Shown here: piece after piece, positions 6,892-10,344 of the stretch
How the letters are laid out: each line of letters begins with the position of its first letter
How positions within the stretch are numbered: the stretch's first letter is position 1
Virus genome (UHGV): UHGV-1717511
Direction: 5' to 3' (one strand)
DNA from: a virus
DNA: 10,344 bases
The notes under the pieces: generated by a model
Database searches by the model: none
What the model saw: the letters and a program-made list of their open reading frames with translations, nothing else
Told to the model about the DNA's origin: nothing
Translations under genes and position numbers: made by a program

Positions 6892-7920
6892 ATGTCTAAG
6901 ACATTACTTGATTTGCTTAACAAAACTCGTGAAGACATTGCCGCCAAACGTGGCAACAACGTTGATCTGACTCGTTTAAAAGACGGCGTCAACTATATCC
7001 GCATCTTCCCGAATAAAGACGACCCAAACGGTAAGTTCTTCCAGACTTTCGGTATGCACTACGTTAAGTATCAGAACGAGGAAGGTAAAGAAGCAACCAA
7101 CGCTTATATTTGTGAGCAACATACTCACGGTCGCGCTTGTCAGCTATGCGAAATGGTGATGGAAGGTCGCGCTCGTCACAAGGGTAACAAAGCAATGGAA
7201 GAACGCATCGGTCAAATGCGTGCCACTCCTCGCTACCTGGTCAACGGCATTCTTTCTGCTCGTGAGGATTTCGCAGATGCTGAGAAATGCCAGTTAATCG
7301 AGCTGCCGTCTACTGTATTCGATGATATCTGCAAAGCAATCACCGAAGACATCGCTGATGATATCGGCAATCCACTGAGCAAAGAGGAAGGCTACGCATT
7401 CCTGATTAAACGTACTGGCTCTGGTCGCGATACCAAATATGACGTCTCGCCTAAGCGTAAAGTCTACAAAGGCGATATCGAAGATAAATTCTGGAACACC
7501 CAGCATGATCTGATCGCATACGCAAATCAGGCTGATGAAACTCGTCTTCTGTCGACAGTTCGCACTATGGGTCGTCTGATTGGCATCGCTGCACCAACTG
7601 CCGCAGCATCTGCACCAGCAATTTCCTCAACCGCGAAAACATCGGCTGCGGCACTACCTGGATTTGGCTCTGTCACTGGTCATACAGAAGGAGCGACGGC
7701 TGTAGCAACCGCGCACACACCGGCTTCTGAACCAACCAGTCTGGTTGATGAAGAAATCCTCCGTGCCGTTGAAACTGAATTTAAACCAGAGGCAAGTTCC
7801 GCTGCCGTTGCCGTATCAGTCAAAGAGTCTGAAGCAGTCGCAGCGACATCTGTAGCAACCGCATCTGCGACGGAAGATGAAGGTCTGGATGACCTACTGA
7901 GAGAGCTGGACTCTCTGTAA
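6892..7920 (+). CDS. T4 gp32-like single-stranded DNA-binding protein, 342 aa, with zinc-binding His/Cys cluster, long Ala/Ser/Thr-rich linker and acidic C-terminal tail
   Basis: Seen: NYIRIFPNKDDP ... YICEQHTHGRACQLCE (H/C/C/C-type cluster as in gp32 subdomain I), and acidic end EDEGLDDLLRELDSL. SD aggag is 6 nt upstream of the ATG. Family call from memory of T4 gp32. Confidence 0.8.
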   Translation: MSKTLLDLLNKTREDIAAKRGNNVDLTRLKDGVNYIRIFPNKDDPNGKFFQTFGMHYVKYQNEEGKEATNAYICEQHTHGRACQLCEMVMEGRARHKGNKAMEERIGQMRATPRYLVNGILSAREDFADAEKCQLIELPSTVFDDICKAITEDIADDIGNPLSKEEGYAFLIKRTGSGRDTKYDVSPKRKVYKGDIEDKFWNTQHDLIAYANQADETRLLSTVRTMGRLIGIAAPTAAASAPAISSTAKTSAAALPGFGSVTGHTEGATAVATAHTPASEPTSLVDEEILRAVETEFKPEASSAAVAVSVKESEAVAATSVATASATEDEGLDDLLRELDSL

Positions 7921-7938
7921 TCCCATTACGTGACCAGT

Positions 7939-7965
7939 AAGGCGTCTACGGACGCCTTACTTTTT
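7939..7965 (+). terminator. Intrinsic terminator after the SSB gene: AAGGCGTC tacg GACGCCTT followed by acTTTTT
   Basis: Seen: 8-bp GC-rich stem, 4-nt loop, T-run. Confidence 0.7.
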
Positions 7966-7980
7966 GGAAGGAATGTACCG

Positions 7981-8925
7981 GTGAATTATCTCTTCGTAGA
8001 TGGCAATAGCCTGGGTTATTACCACCAACAATCTGACAAATTGCACAACGGCGAAATGGAAGTACAGGCTGCTTTCGGCTTTGTTAAGAACGTCCGTCGT
8101 TATGCCTCCATCCTCCATGCCCGACCTATGATTCTTTGGGATGGATTTAGTGACAAGCGTCGCGACTTTTACCCGGACTACAAAGCAAATCGCGACGACG
8201 ATCCTGATATGAAAAAGATGAAGGAAGGCTTTGCTATCCAGAAGCCATACATCCTCAAAATGATGACCGCGCTTGGTGTTAACCAAATCATTGCAAAAGA
8301 TGCAGAAGCGGATGATCTGGCCGGGCTGCTGGTATCCCGCATGGCACCGCAGCCAACCGTTGAACACATCTATCTGTTAACAGGCGATAGCGACTGGCTT
8401 CAGTTAGTTCGCGAAAACGTAAGCTGGGTAAGCCTGCGTGAAGACGCCAAAAACAAGCAGGTTAATTTTGAGCAATTTGCGGAGCTGACAGGATTCGCCA
8501 CGCCTCGCGCATTTTTGGAAGCAAAAGCATTACAAGGCGATAACTCGGACAACATTAGCGGTGTTGGTGGCATTGGTGCTGGCGGTGCGAAAGAGCTGCT
8601 GCATGAATGGGGAAGTGTCGCAACGATGGTACGCGGCATCAACGACGGCTCAATCGTGGTTAATAAAGGGCGTCATAAGACCGCCTTCAACAAACTAGCG
8701 AAGAATGCCTTCAACGAGAAAACAGGCTGTCGAATGCTCGAAGCGTTCAAGAGAAACATCACGCTAATGAACCTGATTGAGACGAAGTTTCCGCCTACCG
8801 AAATCGAAACAATCAAAGGCAATCGTGACGTGAAAGCATTCGAGCAACTGTGCTACGAGCTGAATTTCCGTTCGTTCCTTGAAGACCTTGAAGTGTTTGT
8901 TCTTCCATTCGAAAGGTATTGCTAA
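7981..8925 (+). CDS. 5'-3' exonuclease / flap endonuclease (FEN, RNase H-like, Pol I 5'-exo family), 314 aa, GTG start
   Basis: Seen: LFVDGNSLGYY, YKANR, EADDLAGLL, GDSDWLQLV and the H3TH-like LQGDNSDNISGVGGIGAGGAKELL. GGAAGGA lies 8 nt upstream of the GTG at 7981. The ORF-track start at 7930 would put the terminator hairpin inside the CDS, so I prefer 7981. Confidence 0.85.
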   Translation: MNYLFVDGNSLGYYHQQSDKLHNGEMEVQAAFGFVKNVRRYASILHARPMILWDGFSDKRRDFYPDYKANRDDDPDMKKMKEGFAIQKPYILKMMTALGVNQIIAKDAEADDLAGLLVSRMAPQPTVEHIYLLTGDSDWLQLVRENVSWVSLREDAKNKQVNFEQFAELTGFATPRAFLEAKALQGDNSDNISGVGGIGAGGAKELLHEWGSVATMVRGINDGSIVVNKGRHKTAFNKLAKNAFNEKTGCRMLEAFKRNITLMNLIETKFPPTEIETIKGNRDVKAFEQLCYELNFRSFLEDLEVFVLPFERYC

Positions 8926-9191
8926 TGCTTAAATCGATTATCAATGGCGCTACAACCACCCCTGCCCAACTGGCAAAAGAGATTGTCTTTTATCACGGTG
9001 AGTACGCTGTCATCGCACTGCCGTCAATTCTAGGCGCTGCCGGAATGAAAGCGACAGATCGCGAGTTTGGATTAGTCAGCGAGCAGGTCGTAAAAATCCT
9101 CGCTCGTGTATCCAGACTCCTTAACCACGATGCGATTGTATTCGATGAATCCGCCGCTTTAAAACGAATCAACGAAACAAAAGGAGCCTGA
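8925..9191 (+). CDS. Hypothetical protein, 88 aa; its ATG overlaps the FEN stop (TAATG), suggesting translational coupling
   Basis: Seen: ORF with aaagg 8 nt upstream of the ATG at 8925; the ORF track begins 6 nt earlier at a TTG. No recognisable motif. Confidence 0.55.
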   Translation: MLKSIINGATTTPAQLAKEIVFYHGEYAVIALPSILGAAGMKATDREFGLVSEQVVKILARVSRLLNHDAIVFDESAALKRINETKGA

Positions 9192-9193
9192 TC

Positions 9194-10267
9194 ATGGCAA
9201 AAGGAAAATCCGCACTGGCACTTGCTCTGAAAAAGAAAATCGGTAGCAACGACGAAATTCAGAAAGTAACTCATTGGATTGATACAGGCTTTCCACCGTT
9301 AAACAAAGCTATTTCTGGTCGTTACGATGGCGGCTTCCCATGTGGTCGTATCGTCGAAGTATTCGGTCCTCCAAGTGCAGGGAAAACGTTCCTTGCAACA
9401 GCAGCGATGATCTCCGCTCAAAAACAAGATGGTCTGGCGGTATTCCTCGATCATGAAAACAGTTTTGACGTTGGCCTGGCTGTAGCCAATGGCCTGAACG
9501 CAGATGAGGATGACGGTCAGTGGGTATACAAGCAGCCTGACACCTTCGAAGACTCTGTAGAGTTGATCGGCACAATACTTAAATTGGTACGTGATGAAGA
9601 GCTTATCCCTGAATCAGCACCTATCTGTATCGTGGCTGACTCACTTGCGTCTATGGTTCCGAACTCCAAAGCCGAGAAGTTCGAAAAGATGGCTGAAGGC
9701 ACTGCCAAAGACAAAGATCAGCTAAACATGAACGACAATACGGCACTGGCTCGTGCGACAAGTGCGAACTTCCCTACTCTGGCTTTGTGGGCACGCAAAT
9801 ACAACGCCTGCATCATCTTCTTGAATCAGGTTCGCACAAAAATCGGTGTAATGTTTGGCGACCCTACTACGTCGCCAGGTGGAGATTCACCGAAGTTCTA
9901 CGCTTCTGTACGTATCCGTCTTGGTGCATCGGTGATGAAGGATGGTAAAGAGAAGATCGGCCAGGACGTAGGCGCAGAATGCATCAAAAACAAAGTTGCA
10001 CCACCGTATGGCAAATGCACCTGGAAATTCTACTTCGATCCTACTCGTGGCCTCGACGTTATCGAATCGCTCGTCGAGTACATGCTGGAAGAAGGATACC
10101 TGCCAAAGAACGCCAGCGGGCGAGTTGAAATTGGTGACAAGAAATACACCAAATCGCAGATCGTCGAGATGTATCGGGAGAAGCCACTGGCTGAAATCAT
10201 TGCGGCTTTGCAGGCAATCGACGACCGAAGAGCAAAAGACAACCCCACCGAGTCAGTAGAAGAGTAA
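9194..10267 (+). CDS. recA: RecA-family recombinase (phage-encoded, RecA/UvsX-like), 357 aa
   Basis: Seen: Walker A GPPSAGKTF, QPDTFEDSVEL, and IIFLNQVRTKIGVMFGDPTTSPGGDSPKFYASVRIRLG, which is close to the bacterial RecA core [38 protein letters not shown]. SD aaggag is 7 nt upstream of the ATG. Confidence 0.9.
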   Translation: MAKGKSALALALKKKIGSNDEIQKVTHWIDTGFPPLNKAISGRYDGGFPCGRIVEVFGPPSAGKTFLATAAMISAQKQDGLAVFLDHENSFDVGLAVANGLNADEDDGQWVYKQPDTFEDSVELIGTILKLVRDEELIPESAPICIVADSLASMVPNSKAEKFEKMAEGTAKDKDQLNMNDNTALARATSANFPTLALWARKYNACIIFLNQVRTKIGVMFGDPTTSPGGDSPKFYASVRIRLGASVMKDGKEKIGQDVGAECIKNKVAPPYGKCTWKFYFDPTRGLDVIESLVEYMLEEGYLPKNASGRVEIGDKKYTKSQIVEMYREKPLAEIIAALQAIDDRRAKDNPTESVEE

Positions 10268-10271
10268 ACAC

Positions 10272-10296
10272 AAGGCGTCCACAGGACGCCTTTTTT
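10272..10296 (+). terminator. Intrinsic terminator after the recombinase gene: AAGGCGTCC aca GGACGCCTT TTTT
   Basis: Seen: 9-bp stem, 3-nt loop, T-run. The stem sequence is nearly identical to the terminator at 7939..7965. Confidence 0.7.
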
Positions 10297-10299
10297 ATC

Positions 10300-10344
10300 C
10301 TGTCTCTTATACACATCTCCGAGCCCACGAGACGCTACGCTATC
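10300..10344. other. Synthetic library adapter: reverse-complement Tn5 mosaic end CTGTCTCTTATACACATCT, then CCGAGCCCACGAGAC, an 8-nt index (gctacgct) and atc (start of the P7 tail). Not biological.
   Basis: Seen: exact match to the Nextera read-2 side adapter as recalled. The index looks like index 709 from memory and should be checked. Confidence 0.9.

Noticed and set aside
7930-7980. ORF-track start of the FEN gene at 7930 (GTG)
   Set aside because: That start would place the terminator hairpin (7939..7965) inside the coding region. A GTG at 7981 with a well-spaced GGAAGGA SD gives an N-terminus (NYLFVDGNSL) typical of 5'-3' exonucleases.
28-10318. Perfect 19-bp terminal inverted repeats (AGATGTGTATAAGAGACAG / CTGTCTCTTATACACATCT) bracketing the window, superficially like a composite transposon
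   Set aside because: They are the Tn5 mosaic ends of Nextera adapters, with adapter and index sequence on their outer sides. This is a library artefact, not a mobile element.

Overview
The biological part of this window (about 47..10299) reads as a phage-type DNA replication and recombination module, with Illumina Nextera adapter sequence at both ends (1..46 and 10300..10344). All genes but one are on the + strand: a CobS-like AAA+ ATPase, a DnaE-type (Pol III alpha-like) polymerase with a C-terminal domain that looks like a degenerate uracil-DNA-glycosylase fold, a UvsY-like small protein, a T4 gp32-like zinc-containing ssDNA-binding protein, a 5'-3' exonuclease/flap endonuclease, an 88-aa hypothetical protein and a RecA-family recombinase. 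The exception, and the best candidate for something undescribed, is a single AT-rich gene on the - strand (5216..6214) inserted between dnaE and the recombination genes. It is bracketed by a bidirectional terminator and a restarting promoter, and encodes a Lys/Ala/Pro-rich tail fused to what looks like a PD-(D/E)xK-type nuclease core, so I read it as a horizontally acquired moron (defence, exclusion or selfish nuclease). All protein-family calls come from reading motifs in the translations and from memory of family signatures; no database search or structure prediction was run. I found no tRNA, rRNA or CRISPR array.
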